Source: an uncultured cyanobacterium (GTDB lineage: Bacteria > Cyanobacteriota > Cyanobacteriia > PCC-6307 > Cyanobiaceae). Taken from it: DNA of 64,000 nucleotides. Below the pieces are notes generated by a model. The model was not told where the DNA came from. It saw only the letters and a program-made list of their open reading frames with translations, and ran no database searches. Below, one piece after another: positions 54,501 through 64,000 of this stretch (positions are counted from its first letter, which is position 1; the number at the start of each line of letters is the position of its first letter). The stretch is taken from NCBI GenBank assembly GCA_963765575.1, contig CAVXWZ010000005.1, positions 64,001 to 128,000 of the forward strand. Reading direction: 5' to 3'. Position numbers and translations under genes: made by a program.

Positions 54501-54859
54501 GAAACTCCGAATTCCCGTGGCTGCCAGCCCTCAGCCGGCGCCCACCAGCGTTTTCCACCAGCGCCGGGCCCCCTGGCGCAGCATCCGACCCACGATTGTC
54601 ATGGCTTGGACATCACGCTCGATCCCCTCGCCGCGGGGCACGTTGGCTGCACGGCTGCGCGGCGCCGGGCCGGGACCGAGTGGACAGCTCGCCTGCAATT
54701 CGGGGTGGCCTGCCCGTCTGGAGCGGGGCAGAACGCGATCAGGCGGTGCCATTGATGGGATCGGGACAGAGGCAAGCCTGACTACAGCAGCTCTGGGTGA
54801 GATGCTGGGGTGATCGTTGTAACCGCTGGGTCCACCGGCGGGCGGCCTTGAAGGGCATT

Positions 54860-54895
54860 CCGGCGCTGTTGCCGGTGCTGTTGCCGGCGCTGTTG
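54860..54895. repeat. 12-bp tandem repeat CCGG(C/T)GCTGTTG x3
   Basis: Read directly; abuts the nirA NtcA-like box. Confidence 0.8.
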
Positions 54896-54909
54896 GTAGT
54901 GCTTGCCAC
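54896..54909 (+). promoter_or_regulatory. NtcA-like box GTA-N8-CAC upstream of nirA
   Basis: GTAGTGCTTGCCAC with CAGCAT 22 nt downstream. Confidence 0.55.
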
Positions 54910-54969
54910 ACGGAAGCGCAGCAGCCCCGATCAGCATCAGTGCCCGCTTCCCGTGCTCGGAACCTCCCC

Positions 54970-56529
54970 ATGGACGACAAGACGCTGCCGGTCCCGGGCA
55001 CCCCGGCCCTGAGCAAGGTTGAGCAGGCCAAGGCCGAGCTCTGTGGCCTGGACCTGGAGCCCAGGCTGGCGAATCTGGCCGCCCAGGGCTGGCAGGCCCT
55101 CGATGAGGCCACCCTCACCATCCGCCTGAAGTGGTTGGGAATCTTCTTCCGTCCCGTGACACCCGGGCGGTTCATGCTGCGGCTGCGGACGGCCAACGGT
55201 GTGATCCGATCCGAGCAGTTGGCGGTGCTGGCTGAGGCCGTGGACCGCTGCGGGGAGCATGGCAGCGCCGACATCACCACCCGTCAGAACCTCCAGCTGC
55301 GGGGCCTGTTGCTGGAGGACATGCCTCCCCTGCTGGCGGAGATGGAGCGGGTGGGGCTCACCTCACGGCAGTCGGGCCACGACAACCCGCGCAACATCAC
55401 GGGCAATCCCCTGGCGGGCATCGACCCGGAGGAGATCGTGGACACCCGGCCGCTGGTGCAGGCGATCCAGAACACCCTGCTCGGCGCCGGCGGGCCCCGC
55501 AACCTGCCTCGCAAGTTCAATGTGGCGGTGGGCGGAGCTGCCGACAGCTTCCTGCTGCACAACGACCTGGCCTTCCTCCCCGCCGAGCGCGATGGAGAGC
55601 AGGGCTTCACGGTGATGGTGGGCGGCTTTTTCTCCGCCCAGCGCAGTGAGCTGGCCATCCCCTTGGGCCTGTGGCTGCGGGCTGAGCAGTTGCCAGGGTT
55701 CACCCTGGCGTTGCTGTTGCACTACCAGGAGCACGGCAACCGCCAGCAGCGCAACAAGAGCCGTCTGATGTATCTCATCGACCAGCTCGGCCTGGAGAGC
55801 TACCGCGAAGCCGTGCTGGCGGCCTGGCGGCAGCAGGTGGGTGACGGGGCCGTGGCGCCTGCCCATGACGGCTCCCACCGGGTGAATCGCGCCCCGCGGG
55901 ATGGCCTGGGGGTGAACGCCCAGAAACAGGCGGGCCTGCACTGGCTGGGGCTGCACGTGCCGATGGGACGGCTGGATGCCGCCGCCATGGCGGAGTTGGC
56001 GCGCCTGGCCCGCACCTACGGCAGCGGCGAACTGCGCTTCACCGAGGCCCAGAACGCCCTGATCGTGGACGTGCCCAGCGAGCAGCTGGGCGCATTGCTG
56101 GCGGAGCCCCTGCTGCAGGGTCTGCGGCCCGAACCGTCCGCCCTGCAGGCGGAGGCGGTGAGCTGCACCGGGAATGCCTACTGCGGCTTTGCCCTGATCC
56201 CCACCAAGGGGAAGGCCCAGGAGGTGCTGGAGCAGCTGGAGCAGCGGGTCGAGCTGCCCCATGCCGTGCGCATGCACTGGACCGGCTGCCCCAATGCCTG
56301 CGGCCAGCCCTTCATGGGCCAGATCGGACTGATGGGCGCCAAGGCACGCAAGGACGGCGAGATGGTGGAGGCCGCCAAGATCTTTCTGGGCGGATCGATG
56401 GGAGCCGAGCCGAAGCTCGCTGAACTCCATGGCCAGGCGGTGCCCCTCAGCGACCTGCCCGATGTGCTCGAAGCGTTGCTGGTGGAGCGCTTCGGGGCAC
56501 GGCGCCTGATCAGCGCTCCCGTCAGCTGA
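54970..56529 (+). CDS. nirA: Ferredoxin-nitrite reductase
   Basis: DITTRQNLQLR, NLPRKFN, SCTGNAYC and WTGCPNACGQ siroheme/4Fe-4S ligands. Confidence 0.96.
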   Translation: MDDKTLPVPGTPALSKVEQAKAELCGLDLEPRLANLAAQGWQALDEATLTIRLKWLGIFFRPVTPGRFMLRLRTANGVIRSEQLAVLAEAVDRCGEHGSADITTRQNLQLRGLLLEDMPPLLAEMERVGLTSRQSGHDNPRNITGNPLAGIDPEEIVDTRPLVQAIQNTLLGAGGPRNLPRKFNVAVGGAADSFLLHNDLAFLPAERDGEQGFTVMVGGFFSAQRSELAIPLGLWLRAEQLPGFTLALLLHYQEHGNRQQRNKSRLMYLIDQLGLESYREAVLAAWRQQVGDGAVAPAHDGSHRVNRAPRDGLGVNAQKQAGLHWLGLHVPMGRLDAAAMAELARLARTYGSGELRFTEAQNALIVDVPSEQLGALLAEPLLQGLRPEPSALQAEAVSCTGNAYCGFALIPTKGKAQEVLEQLEQRVELPHAVRMHWTGCPNACGQPFMGQIGLMGAKARKDGEMVEAAKIFLGGSMGAEPKLAELHGQAVPLSDLPDVLEALLVERFGARRLISAPVS

Positions 56530-56571
56530 GGTCCCTTGTCCGCCAGGCTGGCCTGGCTGGAGCTTTCGAGC

Positions 56572-58012
56572 ATGGCCATCGGCCCCCACCCTGATTGCCG
56601 TGGTTCGAGGCTCAAGCCCGCACCGACAGCCCCCGCCGTCCCCCTCCAACACCCCGCCCCCCCCGGTGTGGACCCCGGTGATCTGCCCAGCGGCACCGAT
56701 CCCTTGCGCTGGCCGTGGCTGCAGCGGCTCAGACGCTGCGAGAACCTCGATCTCGAATCCTGGCTGCAGGCGCTGGAAACCGGGACGCTGGAGCTGCAGA
56801 GCGATCTGCTGGCGGTCCTGGCCGAGCGCCTCGATGGTCCGGCCGAGCTGAGGCTGCTGCGCTGCTGGGCCCGCCAGGCGGACTCCGACCCCGGGCTGCT
56901 GGCTCTGCTCGGCCGCCATCGCCATCCGGCCACCGCCGCCTGGCTGCTGGAGCAGCTCAGCCCCGGCCCGGCAGCTCAGGCCGGCGGCTTCCGCCCGCAG
57001 AGCGCCGCAGCCCTGCTGCCACTGCTGGGCCATCAGCGCCGGCGCGAGGCCTGGCCGGTGCTGAACAGCTGGCTGCAGGCCCCCCTGGCCCGTGGCCTGC
57101 GGCGCTCGGCCCTGGAGGGCCTGGCCGTGGGCCTGCCGGCCTGGCCCCGGCGCCCCCTGGCCCTCTGTCTCGAACGGCTGGCCGGCGACCTCGATGGACA
57201 GTTGGCGGCAGCGGCGGTGGATCTGCTGGCACGGCTGCCCCGGGCGCGCCGGCACCTGGTGCCACTGGCCCGTCGCCCGCTCGAGCCGGCGGTGGAGCTG
57301 CGCCTGCGGCGCCGCCTGGCCGCCACACCGGCCCAGCCCCTGCTGCTCGTGGTGCATGGCCGGGCCGGTGGCGAGATTCCCGCCGAGCTGGCCGACCTGG
57401 CCGCTGCGCTGGAACAGCGGCGCCGGGCAGCGGTGAGGATCCAGGCGCTGACCGCGGCGGCACCGCCCGCCAGCCGCTGAGCTGCTGGGGGCCTCCCGAG
57501 GCCTCACCCTGGTGCCCCTGCTGCTGCTGCCGGGCGGCCACGTGCGCCAGGACCTGCCCGCCATCGTGGGCCACTGGTGCGGTCTCACCGCCGTGCAGCG
57601 TCTGCCCTTTCTGGGGGCGTGGCCCAGCTGGCAGCGAGCGCTGCGGGGGGAGCTGCAGGCTCTGGCCACAGCCACCTCCACAGCCACCTCCACAGCCACA
57701 AACAACGCCACCGGAGCCCCATCAGCCGCGACGCAGAAGCCGCCGCTGCTGCTGCACCACCCCATCGAAGGTCGCCTGGCCGAGCGCTTCCTGGCCCAGC
57801 TGGAGCGGGCCGTGGGCGGTCGCTGCCTCGCCACTCCATACAGTGCCGACCACCTCGCGGAACTGGCGCTGACCCTCGCGGCCCCGGCCCTGCCCCTGGC
57901 GCTGGCGACCAACCGGCTCACGGATCGGCTCTCCTCTCTGGTGGGGCCGCCGCTGCTGCAGCGGCCCAGCCTGCGTCAGCTGCTCCTCGATGAGCTGGAG
58001 GCCCTGCCGTGA
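56572..58012 (+). pseudogene. HEAT-repeat plus CbiX/SirB chelatase fusion, frameshifted at ~57469
   Basis: Leu-rich helical repeats, then LLLVVHGRAGG; VPLLLLPGGHVRQD and LLHHP continue in the +1 frame. Confidence 0.7.
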
Positions 58013-58833
58013 CCAACGGCCTCGGCCCGGCTGGCCTGGCGTCCCTTGGCACTCTGGAGCCTGTGGGCACGGTGTATCTGGTGGGCGCCGGCCCCGGCGA
58101 TCCGGAGCTGCTCACACTGCGGGCCCATCGCCTGCTCACCCAGTGCGACGCCCTGGTGCACGATGCCCTGGTGCCCCCGGTCCTGCTCAACCTGGTGCCC
58201 GCCGGCTGTGAGCGGCACTTCGTGGGCAAGCGCCGCGGCCACCATGCGTCACCCCAGCCCAGCACCAACGCCGTGCTGGTGGCGTTGGCCCGTCGCCACC
58301 GCTGCGTCGTGCGCCTCAAGGGTGGCGACCCCTTCCTGTTCGGCCGCGGCGGCGAGGAGGCCGCCCACCTGGCTGCCAATGGTGTGCCGGTGGAGGTGGT
58401 GCCGGGGGTCACGGCGGGCATCGCCGCCCCCGCCTACGCCGGCATCCCGGTCACCCACCGCAGCGCCGGCTCCAGTGTCACCTTCGTGACCGGCCATGAG
58501 GAGGTCGACAAGCAACGTCCCGGTGTCGACTGGCGCGGGCTGGCCCGCAGCAGCGACGGTCTGGTGATCTACATGGGTCTGCACAACCTGCGCCGCATCG
58601 CCGAGGAGCTGTTGGCGGGGGGACTGGCCGACGACACGCCGGCCGCGATCATCCAGCAGGGCACGGTGCAGGGCCAGCGGCTGCTGCTCAGCCCCCTGGC
58701 CCAGCTGGCCGAGCGGGCGCTGGCGGGGGGGTTCGCCTCCCCCTCGATTGTGGTGGTGGGCAAGGTGGTGGCCCAGCGGGTGGGCGCCTGCGCCCCCGTG
58801 CCGGCGACGGTGGAGATGCCGATTCCTCTCTGA
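58009..58833 (+). CDS. cobA: Uroporphyrinogen-III C-methyltransferase
   Basis: LVGAGPGDPELLT, RLKGGDPFLFGRGGEE, VPGVTA, FVTGH, IYMG. Confidence 0.95.
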   Translation: MTNGLGPAGLASLGTLEPVGTVYLVGAGPGDPELLTLRAHRLLTQCDALVHDALVPPVLLNLVPAGCERHFVGKRRGHHASPQPSTNAVLVALARRHRCVVRLKGGDPFLFGRGGEEAAHLAANGVPVEVVPGVTAGIAAPAYAGIPVTHRSAGSSVTFVTGHEEVDKQRPGVDWRGLARSSDGLVIYMGLHNLRRIAEELLAGGLADDTPAAIIQQGTVQGQRLLLSPLAQLAERALAGGFASPSIVVVGKVVAQRVGACAPVPATVEMPIPL

Positions 58834-58958
58834 ATGCCGCCCGATGCCGCCCGCGCTGAATCGTCCTCGCTGTGGCGCTGAGCGCCGTTGAGCAACCAGG
58901 GCCTGATGAACAGAACCTGATCACGACAGTGAAATACGCTGGACCAGTGTCGGCTTTG

Positions 58959-58972
58959 GTAGTTCTTGCCAC
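58959..58972 (+). promoter_or_regulatory. NtcA-like box GTA-N8-CAC upstream of the cupin gene
   Basis: GTAGTTCTTGCCAC, one base different from the nirA box. Confidence 0.55.
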
Positions 58973-59036
58973 GGTCGCAGAGGCCGGCTCTTCGGTTCAC
59001 TTAGGTATCTCCACCCACGGCTTCCGGGCCTCCCCC

Positions 59037-59594
59037 ATGGCTGCCATCCCCCTGCGCCGCAACCCCGAGTTGGGCGACAGTCAACCTCCGGCGCCGGCCC
59101 ACCCCGTGCGGCCGGCGCCGATGTTCGAGTTGATTCCCTACGAGCGCTTCCGCGATACCCCCAGCGTGCGCTTCTTCGACATCACCGTGGCCGCGTCCAA
59201 CGCCCGCGACCTGGTGGTGCATTCCGGCCCGGCCGTCTCCCCCCCTGACGCCGACACCGGGGCCTGGCAGTTCTATCTGCATCCCCACCAGGAGGACAAC
59301 CTGCTGGCCCTGCATGGCGGCCGCACCTTTTTCCTGGTGAACTTCGGCTGGAACTACCCGTTCCACATCGTGAGGCTGGACACCGGCGGCGACATCCTGC
59401 GCATCCCCCCCGGCACCTTCCACCGCTCCGTGTCCGACCCGGAGGGTTCGGTGGTGCTCAACCAGGCGGTGCGGGAGGAGAACGCCAGCCTGGTGCGGGA
59501 ATTCCGGGTGTACAACAGCAGCCGCATCCCGCGGCTGTTCGCCACCACCTGCAACACCGCGCCGCTGCCGAAGCTGCACGGGCTCAACTGGTAA
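59037..59594 (+). CDS. Cupin-fold hypothetical protein
   Basis: FYLHPHQED and LRIPPGTFHR cupin motifs; alternative start at 59121. Confidence 0.75.
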   Translation: MAAIPLRRNPELGDSQPPAPAHPVRPAPMFELIPYERFRDTPSVRFFDITVAASNARDLVVHSGPAVSPPDADTGAWQFYLHPHQEDNLLALHGGRTFFLVNFGWNYPFHIVRLDTGGDILRIPPGTFHRSVSDPEGSVVLNQAVREENASLVREFRVYNSSRIPRLFATTCNTAPLPKLHGLNW

Positions 59595-59622
59595 GACCCC
59601 CGCGACTTCAGGGGCCGGGCGT

Positions 59623-60552
59623 TCAGGGGCTGGTCTGGAAGGCCGTGACGTCCACCCCATGACCTGCCGACACCACACCGGTGACGTTGTGGGCGGCATC
59701 GAGCATGTCGGCTTCGATCGTCCAGTCGAGCGTGCTGTGCACCCCCGGTGGCCCGGAGAAGCTGCCGGTGACCGCGGCGGTGAGCTCGGGCTTGGATGAG
59801 GTGGCCAGGGTGATGTAGCGGTCGTCAATGATGCCGATGCCGCTGGGGTCGACCCCGCGCCAGCCGGCGCCTGGCAGGTACACCTCGGCCCAGGCATGCA
59901 GGTCGTAGCGCTGCGGCTTGGGCTCCACCAGGTGGTAGCCACTCACGAAGCGGGCGGGCAGCCCCACACAGCGGCAGGCTTCCACCATCAGCATCGCCAG
60001 GTCGCGGCAGGAGCCCACCCGCTCTTTCAGGGTGCGGCCGGCGGGCCAGGCCGGACCGGTATGGCGCTGGGTGTACTTGACCCGATCCTTAATCATCTCC
60101 ACCAGCTGTTGCAGGAACAGCAGGGCCCGCTGATCGCTGCCCATCAGCGCCTCCTGGGCCAGGTCCACGGCCGCCGGATCGTGCTGGCCGTTGGGTAGCC
60201 AGCCGTTCAGGGATCCCATCAGGTCACCGTTGAGGTGGCCCACCGGATAGGGCAGATGGGGTTCGTTCTCCTCCAGGCAGGCCTGCAGCAACGGCGGCGT
60301 GTCCGTCTCCACCACGCTGGTGGAGCGCACCTGGAAATCCTGGTTGTCGCCCTGGAAGCGGGCCCGCAGGATCTCGTCACCGCTGGCGGCCACCAGCGGA
60401 TAGAGGCGTGACGGCTCTGGGCTGATCTGCAGCTGGAAGTCCACCAGCTTCTGGAAGCCATGGCCGCGGGGCTTGAGGCAGAAGCGGTGGGGGCCGAGCA
60501 GCACCGGGGCGCTGTAGTGGTAGGTGAAGGTGTGGGTTACGCGAGCACGCAT
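59623..60552 (-). CDS. Transglutaminase-family protein with N-terminal domain
   Basis: GSCRDLA, PARFVSGY, LHAWAEVYLPGAGW.G.DP. Confidence 0.92.
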   Translation of the reverse strand: MRARVTHTFTYHYSAPVLLGPHRFCLKPRGHGFQKLVDFQLQISPEPSRLYPLVAASGDEILRARFQGDNQDFQVRSTSVVETDTPPLLQACLEENEPHLPYPVGHLNGDLMGSLNGWLPNGQHDPAAVDLAQEALMGSDQRALLFLQQLVEMIKDRVKYTQRHTGPAWPAGRTLKERVGSCRDLAMLMVEACRCVGLPARFVSGYHLVEPKPQRYDLHAWAEVYLPGAGWRGVDPSGIGIIDDRYITLATSSKPELTAAVTGSFSGPPGVHSTLDWTIEADMLDAAHNVTGVVSAGHGVDVTAFQTSP

Positions 60553-61538
60553 GCCGGATCGGTACTGGCCGGTTGGAGGGAGACCAAGTCGTCGTCGCCG
60601 GTGGCGATGAAGTAGCGCCGCTCAATCAGTTCATGCAGCCGGTTGAGGTCGCCCTGGAGGGCATCGATCGACTCGTGCAGACCGCTGGCGATCAGATCCT
60701 CAATGTGGGTGTAGCTCCAGCGGCCCAGGGTGATGCCGCTGAGGCATTCCAGGTCGTCGGGCACCGCCGGCACCGCCTGCCCGCGCACGATGTGCAGGGT
60801 TTCGTGGATGCGCTGCAGGCAGTAGCGCACCGAGCGGGGGAAGATCGGATTGAGCAGCAGGAAGGCGGCCACCTCCTGCGGTTCGATCGCCTGCTGGCGG
60901 GCCTGCCGGAACATCTGGTAAGCGCCGGCGCTGCGCAGCAGGGAGATCCATTGCAGTTCATCCAGCACGCCACCCACCTCATCGGGGGAGGGCAGCAGCA
61001 GGAAGTACTTCACATCCAGGATCCGGGTGGTCTTGTCGGCCCGCTCCAGCAATCGCCCCAGGCGGCTGAACTGCCAGGAGAGGTCGCGGCTGAGGGTGGC
61101 ATCGGTGATGCCGTAGAAGAGCTGGCAGGCCCGGCGGATCTCGCGCAGCACCTCCTGGGGCTGCTGGCGCCAGAAGCCCTCGTTCTCCTGCAGGGTCCAG
61201 TAGATGTCGTTGATCTGCTCCCACATCTCCGTGGTGATCACCTCACGGATCTGGCGGGCGTTCTCGCGGGCGTGACGGATGCAGTTCATCACGCTGCTGG
61301 GGTTGGCTTCCGCCGACACCAGGAACTCCACCACCTCGTCGGGCGTGCCGCGGGGATAGAGGGTGTCGAACAGTTCGCGGTCGCCGCTGGCATCGATCAG
61401 TGGCAGCCAGGGCTCGGCGCTGCCCGGTGGGCAGTCGAGGGCCATGGCCTCGCTCACCTCCACGAAGCGGGAGATGTTCTCAGCCCGCTCCACATAGCGG
61501 TTGATCCAGTAGAGCGAATCGGCGACGCGGCTCAGCAT
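60537..61538 (-). CDS. Alpha-E domain protein
   Basis: MLSRVADSLYW..RY.ERAEN, ARENAR, LERAD.T.R.L, FPRSV. Confidence 0.92.
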   Translation of the reverse strand: MLSRVADSLYWINRYVERAENISRFVEVSEAMALDCPPGSAEPWLPLIDASGDRELFDTLYPRGTPDEVVEFLVSAEANPSSVMNCIRHARENARQIREVITTEMWEQINDIYWTLQENEGFWRQQPQEVLREIRRACQLFYGITDATLSRDLSWQFSRLGRLLERADKTTRILDVKYFLLLPSPDEVGGVLDELQWISLLRSAGAYQMFRQARQQAIEPQEVAAFLLLNPIFPRSVRYCLQRIHETLHIVRGQAVPAVPDDLECLSGITLGRWSYTHIEDLIASGLHESIDALQGDLNRLHELIERRYFIATGDDDLVSLQPASTDPACVLA

Positions 61539-62971
61539 GAGGGCTCTCCCACGATCCAGGTGTCCTTGCAGCCTCCGCCCTGGGAGGAGTTCACCACCAG
61601 TGAACCGCGCCGCAGGGCCACCCGGGTGAGGCCCCCCGGGCTGACCCACGACCCCTTGCCCCGCAGCACGTAGGGCCGCAGGTCCACGTGGCAGGGGAAC
61701 AGCTCGCCCTCGCTCAGGGATGGCACGGTGGAGAGCTCCAGGGTGGGTTGGGCGATGTAGTTGCGCGGCCGGGCCTTGATCTTCTCAGCAAACTCGGCGA
61801 TCTCCTCCGCTGCGGCATGGGGGCCGATCAGCATCCCGTAGCCGCCGGCCTCCGCCACCGCCTTCACCACCAGGTCCTTGAGGTGGGCCAGCACGTAGGC
61901 CTGGTCGTCGGGCCTGGAGCAGATGTAGGTGGGCACGTTCTCGATGATCGGCTCCTGGCCCAGGTAGTAGCGGATCATCTCCGGCACATAGGCGTAGATG
62001 AGCTTGTCGTCGGCCACGCCGGTGCCGGGGGCGTTGGCGATCGCCACCCGGCCGGTGCGGTAGGTCTCCATCAGCCCCGCCACCCCCAGCACCGAGTCGC
62101 TGCGGAACACGGTGGGATCGAGGAAGTCGTCGTCGATGCGCCGGTAGATCACATCCACCAGCTCCAGGCCGGTGGTGCTGCGCAGCCACACGCGGCCGTC
62201 CTGCACCACCAGGTCACGGCCCTCCACCAGCTGGATGCCCATCTGCTGGGCCAGGTAGCTGTGCTCGAAGTAGGCGCTGTTGTAGACCCCGGGGGTGAGC
62301 AGCACCACGTTGGGGGTTTCGGTCCAGGGGGCCAGCTCGCGCAGGGACTGCAGCAGGTGCGAGGGGTAGTCGTCGATCGGCTGCACCGTGCGCCCGGTGA
62401 ACAGGCTGGGGAACATGCGCTTCATCACGCGCCGGTTCTCCAGGAAGTAGGCGACTCCCGAGGGGCAGCGCAGGTTGTCCTCCAGCACCCGCCAGGTGCC
62501 CTGGCCGTCGCGCACCAGGTCGAGGCCGGAGACGTGGCACCACTTGCCCAGGGGCGGCTTGAACCCCAGCAGCTGGGGACGCCAGCCCTGGGAGCTGACC
62601 ACGTCCTCCCGCGGCAGTACGCCGTCGTTGAGGATGCGCTGATTGCCGTAGACGTCAGCCAGGAACAGGTCGATGGCCTCCAGTCGCTGGACCAGGCCGC
62701 GCTCGAGGGTCTGCCAGTCGGCGCTGCTGATCAGGCGCGGCAGCGGATCGAAGGGCAGGATCCGCTCCACCCCCCGCTCGTCGGAGTCGTTGAGGCGGAA
62801 GGTGGCCCCCAGCCGCTTGAGCAGGTTGCTGGCCGCGGCGTGGTTGCGGTTGAGCTCGGCCAGCCCCAGCTGGCCGAGGGAGGTGAGCAGTGGCCGCAGG
62901 GTGCTGCGCGGCTCGTCGAAGGCGCTGAAGTACTCGTCGTAGCCGCGGCGGGGGCGATAGTCGGTGAACAT
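61532..62971 (-). CDS. Circularly permuted type 2 ATP-grasp protein
   Basis: PFDPLPR, LEDNLRCPSG, SAYFEH, YRRIDDDFLDP, GGLTRVAL, VNSSQGGG.KDTW. Confidence 0.93.
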   Translation of the reverse strand: MFTDYRPRRGYDEYFSAFDEPRSTLRPLLTSLGQLGLAELNRNHAAASNLLKRLGATFRLNDSDERGVERILPFDPLPRLISSADWQTLERGLVQRLEAIDLFLADVYGNQRILNDGVLPREDVVSSQGWRPQLLGFKPPLGKWCHVSGLDLVRDGQGTWRVLEDNLRCPSGVAYFLENRRVMKRMFPSLFTGRTVQPIDDYPSHLLQSLRELAPWTETPNVVLLTPGVYNSAYFEHSYLAQQMGIQLVEGRDLVVQDGRVWLRSTTGLELVDVIYRRIDDDFLDPTVFRSDSVLGVAGLMETYRTGRVAIANAPGTGVADDKLIYAYVPEMIRYYLGQEPIIENVPTYICSRPDDQAYVLAHLKDLVVKAVAEAGGYGMLIGPHAAAEEIAEFAEKIKARPRNYIAQPTLELSTVPSLSEGELFPCHVDLRPYVLRGKGSWVSPGGLTRVALRRGSLVVNSSQGGGCKDTWIVGEPSC

Positions 62972-63024
62972 GGCTGGCCAGGGCGGCACCTGGGGATCAT
63001 CCGAGAGCGGCCGGGGGCCGACTG

Positions 63025-63038
63025 GTGTGGGTTGTTAC
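63025..63038 (-). promoter_or_regulatory. NtcA-like box GTA-N8-CAC upstream of the ATP-grasp operon
   Basis: Minus strand GTAACAACCCACAC with GATGAT about 23 nt downstream. Confidence 0.5.
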
Positions 63039-63054
63039 GAAACCCGCATCCCCC

Positions 63055-64000
<946 letters not shown>

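Noticed and set aside
57666..57700. 12-bp triple repeat encoding ATATSTATSTAT
   Set aside because: In-frame linker slippage with no sign of function.

Overview
GC-rich picocyanobacterial chromosome segment (Cyanobium / Synechococcus cluster-5 type, inferred from gene content and order). Most of the window is core backbone: recN, uvrA, sps, purT, mraY, argG, rpsF, aroE, dnaK, psbQ, purU, acnB, DAHP synthase, a group-2 sigma factor and ppk1. Three accessory blocks stand out. (1) ~2.7-6.5 kb: an AT-richer islet with an ISAs1 remnant, a glycine-zipper protein and a compositionally mosaic MscS. (2) ~8.3-13.4 kb, the best candidate for an under-described system: a low-oxygen/sulfide module with a divergent D1' psbA (all Mn4CaO5 ligands kept, unusual Pro171 next to Asp170), a Tll0287-like c-type heme protein, a TPMT/HOL-type thiol methyltransferase divergent from a type II sulfide:quinone oxidoreductase, a lipoprotein rhodanese and a DUF1830 protein. 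(3) ~49-64 kb: a reduced-nitrogen cluster (cnaT-like, cynS, focA, a 56-aa repeat peptide, nirA, HEAT-CbiX fusion, cobA, cupin, ATP-grasp/alpha-E/transglutaminase, ureC) with several NtcA-type boxes, preceded by collapsed remnants of moaE/moaD/moaB and dmeF. Other signals: a CIRCE element in front of a non-chaperone hypothetical gene, a ClC lacking both proton-coupling glutamates, a candidate structured RNA upstream of sps, a 16-bp tandem array upstream of the sigma gene, and four single-base frameshifts that may be assembly errors. All calls come from motif recognition by eye; no searches were run.
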